64,000 nt of DNA from Zancudomyces culisetae HAW-14-8 (GCA_052426225.1 JBNJNM010000006.1:558001-622000); one strand, 5' to 3'; shown: positions 13,853 to 26,534, counted from the first letter of the stretch. Notes: generated by a model from the sequence alone, not told the origin. Made by a program: numbers and translations.

Positions 13853-15361
13853 ATGTACAAAATAGTAATTCTGAAATCGACATTCTCGAAACTCGACAGT
13901 CCAGAGATAGTAGTAGATAGTGTCAGTGGAAAGAAATTTGTTACCGAGGATCCCAAAGGTGCGAATTTTAATGCTAAATGATATAAAATACCCATTATTA
14001 ATCCATATTATTTTTCAAGATATGTGTATTAGTGGATATAAAGATCACCTATTATTTTTCAGTGAATTCCAGAGAGTACTAATTAAAGTTCGTATGACGA
14101 TTTTTATATATTAGGAATTTATACGTCATGTAGAACGATCGGGTTTAAAAGGATTCTAAAGCTGGATAGTCATTTAGAGAGAATAGCGAATAGCTTGAAG
14201 CTATACATAGAAGAAAATAAAGAAAGTATGCCGCATATATACGAAGAAATAAAGAAGGCGATAGGTGAGGAGGGCGATATTTCCTCTTCAGAGTTCTGGA
14301 AAAAGAAACTTGTTCCGTGGTTTCGACAGGGATTGGAAATATATAGAACAGAGGTTGAAAAATATGAAACTACCATGAGAAGTACAATTGAACAAGTAGA
14401 GGGAAGAAAAAGGCTGGATAGCGGTAATACAGAAGACAAGAAGCGTTCCACTACTTTTAAGACTATGGGAAAACAAGTCAAAAATGGCGAGATACAATCC
14501 TGGAATGCTTCCAGAGATAACGAGAGCAATAGCAAGAAAAAACTCAAGTCTGAATTGCGGAAGGATGGAGAGAAGTCGGTTAAGGAAAATGGCGAAAAAG
14601 AGTCGGAGGAGAATGAGTGTGACAGCGGTAGCAATGAAGTGGAGATGATAACAGAGCACGGAAAACGCATTCGGATGAGCGAACTAGACACATCCCTGAG
14701 CGCGAGAAGCGCGGAAAGCTCAGACAGCATGGACCATACACATGAGCCAATGGAAGCGAAAGTGTCGGTTGTGGTAAGCTTGGATCCGATGGTGGTTAAG
14801 GTGATGATTACAGAGCTTTATGCTATTGGAACATCTAAACCATCCGTGCTCTTTTTGAAGGGTAGAAGGCATAATCCGAACGTGAAAGGCATAAGCTGGA
14901 TGTTGGAGAGAGAGAAGATGGAGGAGTTGATAGTTCCACCAATCAATGAAGTGGTTTTGGTTGATCCATATAAGCTAGGGTGCTACGAGGGCATATCTTC
15001 GAACTTTTTTGTAACGCAATTTAGTAGCGGAAAGGAGACTGAGTACTCGAGCTATAGGCTTGTCACAGCACCACTCGATGTAGTGCTAAAAGGAACGATA
15101 ATGGACTTGTTGCTGAAAATCTGCCAAAAGTATGGCATTGCGGTTGATTATAGACTACCTTTACTTTCGGAACTACAAACTGGTGCATGGAGCGGTGCCT
15201 TTGTTACCAGTACAAGTAGACTGGTATTGCCTATTTACTCGGTAAAAATCTTTGATAGACATGAACCTTATTATTTGGAAAGTGGAGCATGTCCCTTGGT
15301 CAAATTTTTAGCTTTAAGGGTGAAGGAATCACTGGAGCAAGAATCCGAGATCATTTGCTAG
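13853..15361 (+). CDS. Class IV (fold-type IV PLP) aminotransferase-like protein with a long charged insertion. Exons 13853-13958, 14115-15361
   Basis: PKGIYTSCRT...HLERI, RHNPNVK (putative PLP Lys), NEVVLVD..YEGISSNFFV, TAPLDVVLKGTI, GAFVTSTSRLVLPI. Confidence 0.82.
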
Positions 15362-15609
15362 ATACCCTATCCTTTTTTTTCGTAAGCTTTTATATTTTTT
15401 TCACAGTTTCATTGTTTTTTTTACTTTTTTTAAAAAAACCACTATGATGATTACCAAATTAGAAGAAACTTGGTGATAAGTTGAGCTTTTTTTTTGCATG
15501 GTGCTAATTGAAAGTAGCACTTTTACGTTTTTATTAGTACAAGTCATATCTATACCTGCGAAAAGCGATGATTTTTTAATTGGAATGGATGAGGAAAGAA
15601 AGAAAAGAG

Positions 15610-17388
15610 CTAAAACAAATATCTGGATTTGTCGAGTGCCTCTAATCGACATCGAGATGAGCAACATTTGAACTGAAAGGGTGCAAATGAATTACAGCTG
15701 GAAAAAAATACAAAGTAGAAAGTATCCGAAAGACAGTAACACCCACAAATTGAGCAATAATCAACAGTAAATCCATCAGCATTACTACTTTCAGTTTTTC
15801 TGGTGATATCGCCTCTGCCAAACTTCCTACCAACTTTCTCTTTTGCCAGCAATGAAAGGTCTTGCTTGATTTTATCGCTACTATACAGATTATTTAGTGC
15901 AAAATAATGGTGTTCATTAAGCTGGTTTGAACAATCGGTTCTTTCGGTATTCATTGATTTGTCTGATAGATCGCCCCGGTCTTTCGTCAGATATTTTATT
16001 TTGTTAACATGGTGGTAATAAACCAACTGGTTGTATATCTTAGCTCCTAAATGTAGGAATTTAGAGTTCCCAATGCTAAGGCATTGATTCCATTGATAGT
16101 TCTCCTCGTGAGCACCGTCACTACCACCATTAATGCTGTTCTTATCACCTCCAAGATTATTCCAGAAATACCTAAAATCGCTCTTGCTCCGATCGAATAA
16201 AAGAAATTTATCACTACCAACGTACTCTCTCACTCGGTTTTCTGAATTGCTGGTCGCTTTAAGGGAACAGCTGCATTTTGAAGTTGCAGTGATATCATTT
16301 GCACAATATCTAACAATATCCCTTTTGTAAAGTGAAATGCTGTTATAGATTAATTGAGCACAGCTCGAATAAAGCGGTCTTGGCCCATATCCATAAAAGA
16401 GGTAAATTAATCTCGAGCTTTGGCTATTAGTGTTGCCATCATGTGTGCGTTGATTGCTATTGTTATTGCTATTGTTATTGTTATTGTTATTGCCATTAGT
16501 GTTGATACCACTATTCAAATATATGTCTTCAGGATACTCTATCACCACTTTGTATGACCTTCTATTGCTAAAAAATTCTCCCTCTATCTTTTTAGCCAAG
16601 CCAAAAGGGGTTGCTGTCTTTATATTGTGAGGTTCTACTACCTCATTCACCCGTAGCATGTTCTCATTATCGTTTAAAAGCACAACATCAATAAAATTAT
16701 ACATTTCAATGGGTAAAAACTCCAGGTTGTTATGGCTCAAGTCTAAACAAACTAGTTGAGCCTGAAGATTTCCAATACACTGAGGAATAAATTCACTAGT
16801 AATATTGTTGTGCTGTAAATTAACAACTTTTAGATTTTTTAGCTGGCAAATTCGATGATCAACGTTTGTTAATTTATTATGGCTCAAATCTAAAATTTCT
16901 AGATTACTGCAAGCTGAGAATATGGATGCCGAAACCTTGGTCAAATTATTCCTACTTAATCGTAGCTCGGTAATGTTCTTGTATGCGCTACCATGAACAT
17001 TGCTGGTAAGCTCGTTGAAAAAGTACACATTGGTAATATTCTGTCTTGATAAATTCAACCTCTTGTTTAGCTTTATAGTTTGATGTGCTTGCTGTACGTT
17101 TTGGATGCCAGAAAATGAACGATTGGTATTTTGTTTATCTTTCAAGATATCCCGATACTCACTATTGTTTATTTTGGCTCCACAGATTTCTTTTGGTTGA
17201 TCCAAAACTCTTGTGTTTCGACTATCCGTAGCTATGGGTTGAATGAATGTACGATCTACTTGTAAGTAAACATCTCTTCTCGAAATTCCAGTGTGATTTT
17301 GGATTTTTGGTATTGTATTGCCTTTCTGAATCGAAATAGTTACTACATGGGGTGGATAATCCTTCCACCCCGTCAGATTGTCACTCAT
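15610..17388 (-). CDS. Leucine-rich-repeat protein with poly-Asn tract, BC-box-like segment and C-terminal Cys cluster
   Basis: About six LxLxxNxL repeats (LRLSRNNL, LDLSHNKL, VNLQHNNI, LDLSHNNL); PRPLYSSCAQLI; CSICGCYC...CCSSRC. First ATG at 17388; the ORF track extends to a GTG at 17412. Confidence 0.8.
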   Translation of the reverse strand: MSDNLTGWKDYPPHVVTISIQKGNTIPKIQNHTGISRRDVYLQVDRTFIQPIATDSRNTRVLDQPKEICGAKINNSEYRDILKDKQNTNRSFSGIQNVQQAHQTIKLNKRLNLSRQNITNVYFFNELTSNVHGSAYKNITELRLSRNNLTKVSASIFSACSNLEILDLSHNKLTNVDHRICQLKNLKVVNLQHNNITSEFIPQCIGNLQAQLVCLDLSHNNLEFLPIEMYNFIDVVLLNDNENMLRVNEVVEPHNIKTATPFGLAKKIEGEFFSNRRSYKVVIEYPEDIYLNSGINTNGNNNNNNNSNNNSNQRTHDGNTNSQSSRLIYLFYGYGPRPLYSSCAQLIYNSISLYKRDIVRYCANDITATSKCSCSLKATSNSENRVREYVGSDKFLLFDRSKSDFRYFWNNLGGDKNSINGGSDGAHEENYQWNQCLSIGNSKFLHLGAKIYNQLVYYHHVNKIKYLTKDRGDLSDKSMNTERTDCSNQLNEHHYFALNNLYSSDKIKQDLSLLAKEKVGRKFGRGDITRKTESSNADGFTVDYCSICGCYCLSDTFYFVFFSSCNSFAPFQFKCCSSRCRLEALDKSRYLF

Positions 17389-18052
17389 GCCAGGATTTTC
17401 GAATTTTCGCACACTCTTTCAAGAAAAATGGTTGTTGTATAAAAAATTGGGCAGTTTAGAATTGAATCTTCTTTGTTATCCTTTTCATTGATACTGTTCC
17501 TGTTGTCGTAATACAGACAATGCATCAAAATATTCCAACAGTTACCGGATATTTTCAAGTCTTATGCAACATTTTTTTATTATTCTTTCTTACAGAAAAG
17601 ATTATTGGCTTTTTAAACTTTGTTTTTTGGTAAGTGCTATTTTTCTTTGTTTTTAGCCCTGTTAAGCAATCACAAATTAGTGATAAATCTTTTTTTTTCC
17701 TCGGCCTTTTATTGGAAGAGATCAAAGTAAGCAGCTCACTAGCTTGCAGAGAATTGTGATTTTTTTTTTGCCATTGCTGAAAAATTTCATTCAGTTAATC
17801 GAAATGGCAATACTCAATTTTGTTGTAGTATATATATTGAGAAGAAAAATTTTTTTTTCATTTTTTTCTCTTTTTTTTTGGATAATTATAATCTTTTATA
17901 GTATCCCAAAGTATAACAGCTTTAAGAGTGGACAGTTTGTTAACAAGACACTTACCAGTACATTGAAGTGGCAAGCAGTAACCAAACTTTGTAAAAGTAT
18001 AATCTATAAAACAGAACTTTAACCTCCTACCTTAAGTTTTCTTTTCAAAAAA

Positions 18053-19669
18053 ATGGACAAGAAAGAGCAGACAAAGATAACAGATGCCTATGACACAATA
18101 TTGATACTGGATTTTGGATCTCAGTACAGCCATCTGATAACTAGAAGAATTAGAGAGTGTGGTGTGTACTGTGAGCTTTTGCCATGTACTGTAAAGGTGA
18201 AGGACTTGGAGTTCAAACCAAAGGGAATTATACTCTCAGGAAGTCCATACTCAAATCATGAGGAGGGAGCACCACATGTGGATAAACAAATGTTTGAGTT
18301 GGGGGTTCCCGTTTTGGGAATTTGCTATGGGCTGCAGGAAGTCGCACGCGTAAAAGGCCGAGGTGGAGAGATAGCTAGTGAGACAGGTCACCTTGTGCAA
18401 AAGAGAGAGTATGGATCAGCTACTTTGAACATTCTAGGTGGAGCCCAAAGACACGAGCTGTTTGATGGGTTTAATGGAGATCAAACACGTGTGTGGATGA
18501 GCCACGGAGACCATTTGGACGGATTGCCACAGGGATTCAAAGTGATTGGACACACCGAGACTTCCGAATACGCAGCAATAGCACATGAGATGGACAAGGT
18601 GTTTGGATTGCAATTCCACCCAGAAGTTACCCATAGTGAGGAGGGAGCAAAGATTTTAAGAAACTTTGCTATCAATGTCTGTGAGTGTCAAAGTAACTGG
18701 AGCATGGAAACATTTGTAGATAAGGAAATACAGAGGATCCGGGGTGTCGTAGGAGAGACAGGGCGAGTTATTGGAGCTGTTTCCGGTGGGGTAGACTCCA
18801 CAGTTGCAGCTGTGTTGATGAAGCGGGCAATAGGTGATCGATTCCACGCTGTTTTGGTGGATCATGGGTTGATGAGACTGAATGAAAGTAAAAATGTTAA
18901 AAAAGTTCTGGACGAACAGCTTGGAATCAATCTTACTATTGTGGATGCATCGGAATCTTTTCTTGGTAAGCTCAAAGGTGTAACTGATCCTGAACGAAAG
19001 AGAAAGATTATAGGAAATACATTTATTGAGGTGTTTGAGGAGCAAGCCAAGTTGATTGACGCCGAACAATCAGAGAAAATTGAATATTTGGTCCAGGGCA
19101 CCCTATATCCCGACGTGATTGAGTCAATCTCGTTTAAGGGCCCAAGCGCAACAATTAAATCACATCACAATGTTGGAGGTTTGCTTGACACCATGAAGCT
19201 CAAGCTTATCGAACCTCTTCGTGAGCTGTTCAAGGATGAAGTTCGAAAGATGGGTCTCCTTCTTGGTATTCCCGCTGATCTGATTTGGCGCCATCCATTC
19301 CCCGGGCCAGGTCTTGCTATTCGTATTCTTGGAGAAGTTACTCCTGCCCAGATTAGCATTGTCCAGCAAGCTGATCACATTTATATGAGTGAGCTGAAAG
19401 CAAACAATCTTTACAATCAGATCTCTCAGGCATATGCTGCTTTGCTACCGATCAGATCTGTTGGTGTTATGGGTGATAAGAGAACTTATGAACAGGTGAT
19501 TGCTCTCCGGGCTGTAGAGAGCACTGACTTTATGACTGCCGACTGGTTTGATATGCCCGTTAAAGTTATGAAAAGAATCAGTAGTCGAATAATCAATGAA
19601 GTTCATGGTGTCAACCGTGTAGTTTACGATGTTAGCTCCAAACCCCCAGCTACAATTGAATGGGAGTAG
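18053..19669 (+). CDS. GUA1: GMP synthase (glutamine-hydrolysing), single exon
   Basis: [68 protein letters not shown]. Confidence 0.98.
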   Translation: MDKKEQTKITDAYDTILILDFGSQYSHLITRRIRECGVYCELLPCTVKVKDLEFKPKGIILSGSPYSNHEEGAPHVDKQMFELGVPVLGICYGLQEVARVKGRGGEIASETGHLVQKREYGSATLNILGGAQRHELFDGFNGDQTRVWMSHGDHLDGLPQGFKVIGHTETSEYAAIAHEMDKVFGLQFHPEVTHSEEGAKILRNFAINVCECQSNWSMETFVDKEIQRIRGVVGETGRVIGAVSGGVDSTVAAVLMKRAIGDRFHAVLVDHGLMRLNESKNVKKVLDEQLGINLTIVDASESFLGKLKGVTDPERKRKIIGNTFIEVFEEQAKLIDAEQSEKIEYLVQGTLYPDVIESISFKGPSATIKSHHNVGGLLDTMKLKLIEPLRELFKDEVRKMGLLLGIPADLIWRHPFPGPGLAIRILGEVTPAQISIVQQADHIYMSELKANNLYNQISQAYAALLPIRSVGVMGDKRTYEQVIALRAVESTDFMTADWFDMPVKVMKRISSRIINEVHGVNRVVYDVSSKPPATIEWE

Positions 19670-19947
19670 TTTTTTTCTTATCTTTATTTTATTGCTTTTT
19701 AAATATAAAATGCCAATATTTTAGTAAATGATGCTAATTGGAGTAAGGTAGTAGGAAAAACACAATAAAAGAAAATCAGAGATAAAATCAAAGGGGTACA
19801 CAATCAATGGTCATATCACAGTTTGAATATACTTGGTAGCGTATTACCCCACATCCTCAGCTCTACTACTGCTAGTACTATCACTATCAGCATCATCCCC
19901 ACCCTCCTTTCAATATATATGTTCTACAAAAAGGACCCGGTTGAGCC

Positions 19948-21573
19948 CTAAACTCTGTCCTCTATTTTCCTATCGTCATCATCATTCCTTGTGTCTTCCA
20001 GGTCTTCCAGTATATAAACTTCCTGCTCTTCACGATCAACCACAGGCTGCCATTGGGTTTGACTCTTTATCTTCATGCTGGATATGTATCTTGCTGCCAT
20101 GATCATCGCAGCTGATATCAAAACTACCAATAAGAGTATTAGTGATGCACCACTTGACTTTTCCGGAGTATCATTATTTGTATGACTTAGCCGCAACTGC
20201 CTTTTCACATTCGAATCATACATGCCTTGTAAGCTATAGTCATCAATGTCCTCGAAAAAACTTAATATATCCAACATAGCAAGAGGATTATCCACTGCTG
20301 GCATATGACTCGCATTGTATATTTCTATATACGTTAACCCTCTCTCCGAGTTGAATCTTCCAGTGCTTTTCCCGTTCACTTTCCAATCTAGATAATTTTC
20401 CATGTGCCTACTGAAACCAGTGCCTCCCAAAAACGTCATATTTCCTATCATATACTCGTGGGCTAATGTATTGCATACTATATCTTTATCACCCGCGAAC
20501 AATACAACTTGTTTTATTTTTTCAATCACTTCTGGAAGCGCATATATAGCTGCATCTGATGTTAAATCTGCCGAGTATGTTCGATATACGTCTGTGTTAC
20601 ACTCCACCCAGAGGTTTTGCTTACTTTTTACCATATTAAGTTGACTTTTCACTATAGGTTGGTTTATATAACTCTTCAAATATGTCAAATTTGGCGGCCA
20701 GTCCGCTCCACACGCTGGCCTTGACTCTATAAGCCTGTAATCGTATATATTCAAGCACTTGGAGGTATCACCTCCTATCATCTGGTAATCGCTTAGTACG
20801 TTGAGAACGTTTTCACATTGGCTAACCTTGATTTTTTTGTACTTGTATGTTTCGTAGCCAAAGGCACATTCTTGTTGTCTCTCTTTCATCATACTCAAAG
20901 CCGTCCCATTTATCAATCCGTTACTCTCCAAAAATGGCAAATACGATAAATACGTAGTTTTCGGATCTATTAGCCCATTTCCTATCAGCAAGCCCTCAAT
21001 TGGTATTCGGTTACTCCTTAGCATCCTTTGTGCTATTTTTACAATGTATGTACCCGCAATACTCTCCCCAGTGATATAAAGCTTGTAGGTGTGGTATTCT
21101 GGAAATAGCTCATAGAATTTTTCAATAAAGTTCTCCAGATCCGCACTGCCCTCATCGTATGTGCTGGGACTTGTTCCAAAGCTGAACCCTGCACCAATTG
21201 GCTGATCAATAAATAGTACGTCTACCCTATTCACCCATGAATACTCCCTCATAACTATCTGACCCTTCAGGTCAAAATCGAATGGCCCTACTTCGAGAAA
21301 CAATCCATCAAAGCTGCTGCAACCTGGTCCACCGTTTAACCATATCACCAGTTCTTTTTGGGTTTTTGTGTTGTTTCTGATTAGCCAGAAAAACATATCT
21401 TTATCATCTTCAATCTTCAAGTGTCCTGCATAATTATCCAATTCCTTAAATTTCGGATACTGATCTGCCTGATATAGTTTTTTTACAAGATAGTCATCCC
21501 TGCTGTCCCAGGATTTTTCCAAATTCTCTTCTTCTAGTTTTTGTATTTCCTGCTCGAAATCTATATTCTCCAT
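19948..21573 (-). CDS. KEX1: Kex1-like serine carboxypeptidase (S10) with C-terminal transmembrane helix; N-terminus probably incomplete
   Basis: WLNGGPGCSS, DQPIGAGFS, TGESIAG (Ser), GDKDIVCN (Asp), NASHM (His), CGADWP, TM segment LILLLVVLISAAMIMA. Confidence 0.88.
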   Translation of the reverse strand: MENIDFEQEIQKLEEENLEKSWDSRDDYLVKKLYQADQYPKFKELDNYAGHLKIEDDKDMFFWLIRNNTKTQKELVIWLNGGPGCSSFDGLFLEVGPFDFDLKGQIVMREYSWVNRVDVLFIDQPIGAGFSFGTSPSTYDEGSADLENFIEKFYELFPEYHTYKLYITGESIAGTYIVKIAQRMLRSNRIPIEGLLIGNGLIDPKTTYLSYLPFLESNGLINGTALSMMKERQQECAFGYETYKYKKIKVSQCENVLNVLSDYQMIGGDTSKCLNIYDYRLIESRPACGADWPPNLTYLKSYINQPIVKSQLNMVKSKQNLWVECNTDVYRTYSADLTSDAAIYALPEVIEKIKQVVLFAGDKDIVCNTLAHEYMIGNMTFLGGTGFSRHMENYLDWKVNGKSTGRFNSERGLTYIEIYNASHMPAVDNPLAMLDILSFFEDIDDYSLQGMYDSNVKRQLRLSHTNNDTPEKSSGASLILLLVVLISAAMIMAARYISSMKIKSQTQWQPVVDREEQEVYILEDLEDTRNDDDDRKIEDRV

Positions 21574-23637
21574 TGTTTCTCATGCCCACTTTCTACTCTT
21601 TTTTCCAGTATCTTTGCCCTTTGTAAGATTTGTGCCTCAAGTTGAATCTTATCCCGTTTTATGCGGTACCTGTCTCCCTCTGTTGCACAAAAAAAAGCTA
21701 TAATCCAATGGTGTATGAGTACAGAGAAGATCTATTCTGTCAAGAAAAAGTCAAAGATATTTAACCCTCTACTTCCAAATCTTCTTACACATTTTGTCCT
21801 TTTACGTAATTTACCCTTTTTTGTAACTCTTCCAATTTTGCCCAATGTGCTAAACCTCAGCTATTTCGGAAAGCCACTCAAATAGCCCGATCTATTTACA
21901 AAGAAAATGTTGTAAACCTGTTCATGTAGAAACACCATAACACTTATCCCTTCTTTTTCTGTATTATTCTCAGGCCTAGTACAATGAAACAGCCTCTTAG
22001 CACACACAAGATCCTTTTTCAATTAGGCTATGAAAAAGCTAAATTCTTCTATGATGGGGCAACTTGTCCCATATTTCTTTTTCCAATGTATTATGCAAAA
22101 TCAATCAATACAATAAGCTACTGAGATTTCAAGTTGTTTGGTCTCATCAAGGGTTTTATATTGGTTTGAAAAGTCAAAATGATGTGAATAAAAAATAAAA
22201 CAAAGAATCTATTCCCACACACATTGCCATTTTGCCTTTCTCTTACAAAACCATTTCAAAAGCGTAATGGGAAAAAAAGACTCGAGTCTTTTATTCAATA
22301 TCTGCATACCATTGAGGTGGAACACCAAATTAGGTTCCGGCAATGGTAGCATATAGCGTGGAATACATGTTCTCGTATATTTTTCTGTTTGTTATCAAAT
22401 AACAATCAAAGGGCCTGAGGTACAGTTGGAGAGCAATACAGTTGACAACGGCATCATATGACAGTGCGCTTGTATATTTTGGAGCGAAAATTGCAACGTT
22501 CATATTTTTTCCATTTGCTTTCTTTACTTTCAAAAAGGCATCATTTTGTGAAAAGCTAATTCGAATGTGTCTATATATTAAATCTCCTTTTAGTAAAATA
22601 AAAAATGTTTTTCCAGGCTTGATACAAAGAAAAAGAATTCAAAAGCAAATATTTAATCCTGTTAGTTCCAGTAGTTCTTTAATCTTTAGCAGATACAATT
22701 TATCTGGCAACAAACTCGAATAGAAAAGAAAAACTATACGTGTGTTTTTAGGTTAGTCAAAGTTCATTGATTTATTCCAGCCATTCTGATTAATAGGTAT
22801 GGGCATTTTTGTCACTCTGTTTGTGTATATAGCCTATCTTGAAATAAGTAGTATACGGCGATATTTAATAAAACAGGTAATGGTTTTTATCATTTAAATC
22901 ACTATGATTGTAACCAATAATATAAAAAATAAAACAATTATTATAAAAGCAGGTATATGTAATAATAAACATATTGTTAAACTTCAAGCTGGACAGGGTA
23001 GCGTGTTCTGGTTTTCATTCCAATTAAAGTGAAGACTGATCTCATATTAGCGAGCAGTTCTACTTTGAGGTTGAATAAGGGGATCAAGGAGGAAATAGAT
23101 AATAGCTATCGTGCTGGAAATTGTAACGATACTAATGATTTTGTTACAAGTTAAATATTTATCTAAATTGCGGGGACTTCAAACATGAATACTTTAATAT
23201 ATCAGCTTGACAAGAGAATTTATTCAAGTCTTATCGTAACAAATTTGGAAATAAAGCATATCTTTATAATCATAACAGGTTCCAAGTAAATTTATGCTGA
23301 TATTAAAAGATTTGGTAGACTTTATAGTATCGTGAATTATACATGTATTTTCCACCTATTTAAAGTACTTTTGAATAAAAGCGTATTATCATAGGTTCTC
23401 CAATATTAACACATAAAAATTAATTATTTAAAGTGTATAGACCTGTTTATATTAACATATTATGCACAGCGGCGAAAAGCTTGTAATAGTACTGAGTGAC
23501 GCACAAAGCTAAGAAAAATTCAAATGTTATGTTTTGGTATGATTATAAATACCAACTAATGCTCCCATTTTCTGTTTTACCCAAAAGAAAAGGAGAGAGA
23601 AAACATATCTTGAATGAGATCAACTAAAGTAAATAAG

Positions 23638-24336
23638 ATGACAAAGGCATTGTTTGCTCTCCTACTATTGTTTGTGATAAAGACGTTTGGAACGGTAATA
23701 ATCACAAACCCAGTTGCCGGGACAAAGTGGGTGGTGGGACAAATAGTTCAAGTAGCATGGATGCAGAGTTTGCCACACGTTCCCCTAAAAGGAACATGTA
23801 GTATCAATCTACGAAGGGGTCCAAATACAGCAGCTCTTGGACATGCCCACTATTTAGGAGAGAATATTAACCTGGCAGATAGAACTTATAGCTTCGTAGT
23901 ACCTAAACTTGAGCCTTATGAAAAATACGCTGTTGAACTCATCATTCATGAAACAAACGAGGTCAACTACAGCCATTTTTTTGAAATTCTTGATCTGAAC
24001 ATTTTCCCAAACATTGTGATATATTCGACGAGTGATATTGAGCATGGAATACATACCACTTCTGCATATCAAATTACCTCTACAACTAGCGCAGTTCCTT
24101 TTAGCAGCACCAAAATCAGCGATATAAATGATAAAGTATCGCAAACTTACGAACTAGTAAACAATAGTTTGTCTGAGCAAGAAGATACTATCAACATTAC
24201 CGCTGAAAACTTATCTGTTACTGGCTCTGAATCAACATCAACATCAAGTACAAGCCCTGCCTCCAAGACTCTTCCTCGTGGCGGGCTTTATTTACTAGTT
24301 TCGGTTATAAGTTTAGTATATGTGCATATTGTGTAA
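23638..24336 (+). CDS. Secreted Ser/Thr-rich, probably GPI-anchored cell-wall protein (Kre9/Knh1-like N-terminal Ig-like domain)
   Basis: Signal peptide MTKALFALLLLFVIKTFG, ITNPVAGTKWVVG..V.W, NYSHFFEI, Ser/Thr-rich stalk, hydrophobic C-terminus. Confidence 0.8.
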   Translation: MTKALFALLLLFVIKTFGTVIITNPVAGTKWVVGQIVQVAWMQSLPHVPLKGTCSINLRRGPNTAALGHAHYLGENINLADRTYSFVVPKLEPYEKYAVELIIHETNEVNYSHFFEILDLNIFPNIVIYSTSDIEHGIHTTSAYQITSTTSAVPFSSTKISDINDKVSQTYELVNNSLSEQEDTINITAENLSVTGSESTSTSSTSPASKTLPRGGLYLLVSVISLVYVHIV

Positions 24337-25024
24337 CTGATTGTCAAAATAACGGGCGATAACCCTGCTTTGGCAAACATTGCTGGTTAATTCTCTAGTT
24401 CGTAAATAAAAACACTTTTTTAAAGTAAATACTAAATCTTGGTCTAAAGTTAGTCTTATCTGTAGACAAGTAAATTGAATATAAGTAAACATTTAGTTAG
24501 CTTGGCTTTAGCAAAGCACGCAGGCGCAGCTGCAGGTGCAAATGCTGTTAGATATTCAATGATAATTGTGTAGGTATTGTAGCAATCCATTATGTGTTTT
24601 TCCAATGTGTTTATGTTTATACATCGTACATACCAGAACAAATATGTAGTATTTAAGGAGCTCTGTGAGTTTTAAATTTATCCAGAAGAAGGAAGATTGA
24701 ACCCATAGCCTCGAGGCTAATTAATCTAGCTTTTGTACAACTTTACAGTTATATGTATAAAGACTGTTTGTTATTGCGAAATCTTTCTGCTCTCTTTTTT
24801 ATTTATTTTATTTTGCTTTATTTACCTTTTATGGCAAAATTGAAAACCTTTGAAATCCAATTGTGATATGTACAGCCAAGCAAACCAAATATGCAAGAAT
24901 AAAAAAGAATCAGTTTTGGCATTTCAATTAAATTATTTCAACTCACACCTTGATAGATTTTCTTAAAAATACAAGGAAGATATCCTGTTATATAGTAATA
25001 AACGTTATATCACCGATAAAAGAT

Positions 25025-26038
25025 ATGAAGCGCCAGGCACAACCCAAGGCTCAACACGATAATAGGAGGACAAATGATGTATTTGAAAATCAGCAACCAA
25101 CCAATGATTCAACGTTTTATCCTTTGCCCATAGCAATCAATAGAGCGGAGATGGTAAGCTGGAGATGGTTGCAGGATAGTTTAGGCTATACATACGCATA
25201 CAACGAGATGAAAGATGAATATTATTACTACGATTCAAACACCGGAATTATTTATGACTACACTCCATATTATAAATCGCTTGGATACGTGAAGGGCGAG
25301 CCTCCTGCACTAAAGCAAGAGGCTTACCAAGGGGCAAATTCAAATCTAGGCTATGGAGCGGTCAGCGGTAGCACAACTGGTGTCGAATCTCAGCAGGATG
25401 AAAAGAAAAAGGGGACAAAAAGAAAGAAGGTGCGAGCAGCGGGTGGTGAAGTTTGGATTGATCAGACGCTAGATGAATGGGATCAAAGTAAGTATCACTT
25501 TTATTTTATTTTATTTTATTTTATTTTCTACTACTTTCTACCTTGTTTTACAAGAAAAAAAGTGCTATGAGACAGGTAATGTAAAGCTTAATAAAATGTG
25601 TATAGACGATTATAGATTGTTTGTTGGAGACTTGGGAACGGATGTCTCTGATGACTTGCTGCATAGAACTTTTAGTGCTTATCCCTCACTTTTGAAGACA
25701 AAGATAGTCCGGGATAATAAGACCTCGAGATCTAAAGGGTATGGATTTGTAAGTTTTTCCGATCCAAAAGACTATGTTAAGGCATGGAAGGAGATGGATG
25801 GTAAGTTGTTATGTCAGTTTCAATATATACATATCTAGAACCAGCTATATATCATGTTTGAGGTTATGACTATGTTTCTTAATGAGGATACGAACTGTGC
25901 ATAGGAAAATATGTGGGAAATAGACCAATAAAGCTGAGAAAAAGTACATGGAAGGATAGAGAGGTGGACATCAAGAAAGTCAAGAAAGATCCATTCCTGT
26001 CAAAGGCGTATAGCGAGGCAAAAAAACATACGAAATAA
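25025..26038 (+). CDS. RBM42: RBM42-like RRM protein. Exons about 25025-25487, 25606-25800, 25905-26038
   Basis: RAAGGEVWIDQTLDEWD, DYRLFVGDLG (RNP2), SKGYGFVSF (RNP1), AWKEMDGKYVGNRPIKLRKSTW. Confidence 0.9.
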
Positions 26039-26534
26039 AGCACGTGTAAATTATGTATATAGAAAAGCTCTTTGCGGCTGTTTTGGATACCCGTAAAGAG
26101 CAGTTACGCTTGGCTGCCTTTATGCTTTTATTATAATTGATATGCCGTATTATCCCGAATTTTATGCAGGGGTACAAGAAAGTGCGATATTAAACCTCAA
26201 CAAGCAGTATAAGAAATTCAAGACCATCCTTTTTTTCTCACTATTATTGTTGTAAGCTGAAATAGCTAACAAACCAGCATTTTCAGAAAAAAAAATCGAA
26301 ATAAACAATAAAAATTGCATTTGTAAAGATCGCTTTTAGTAATTTATAATTGAAAAAAAATTTTTTTCGAGCAAATAGAAGTATTTAAAAAGCTATTTTC
26401 TTCAGAAATCTGTTATATTAAATTCAGTGCGAGCCAGGGAAAGATATAACAAATTACTACTAAGGGATATTTAGAGGTTAAAAACCACTGGTGATAATAA
26501 ATACAGACTTAAAAAGGAGACAAGATCGGTAAAA

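Noticed and set aside
23170-23190. GACTTCAAA resembling a tRNA-Sec anticodon loop (some early-diverging fungi use selenocysteine)
   Set aside because: The flanks do not pair and there is no cloverleaf; no in-frame TGA selenoprotein or SECIS was recognised in the window.
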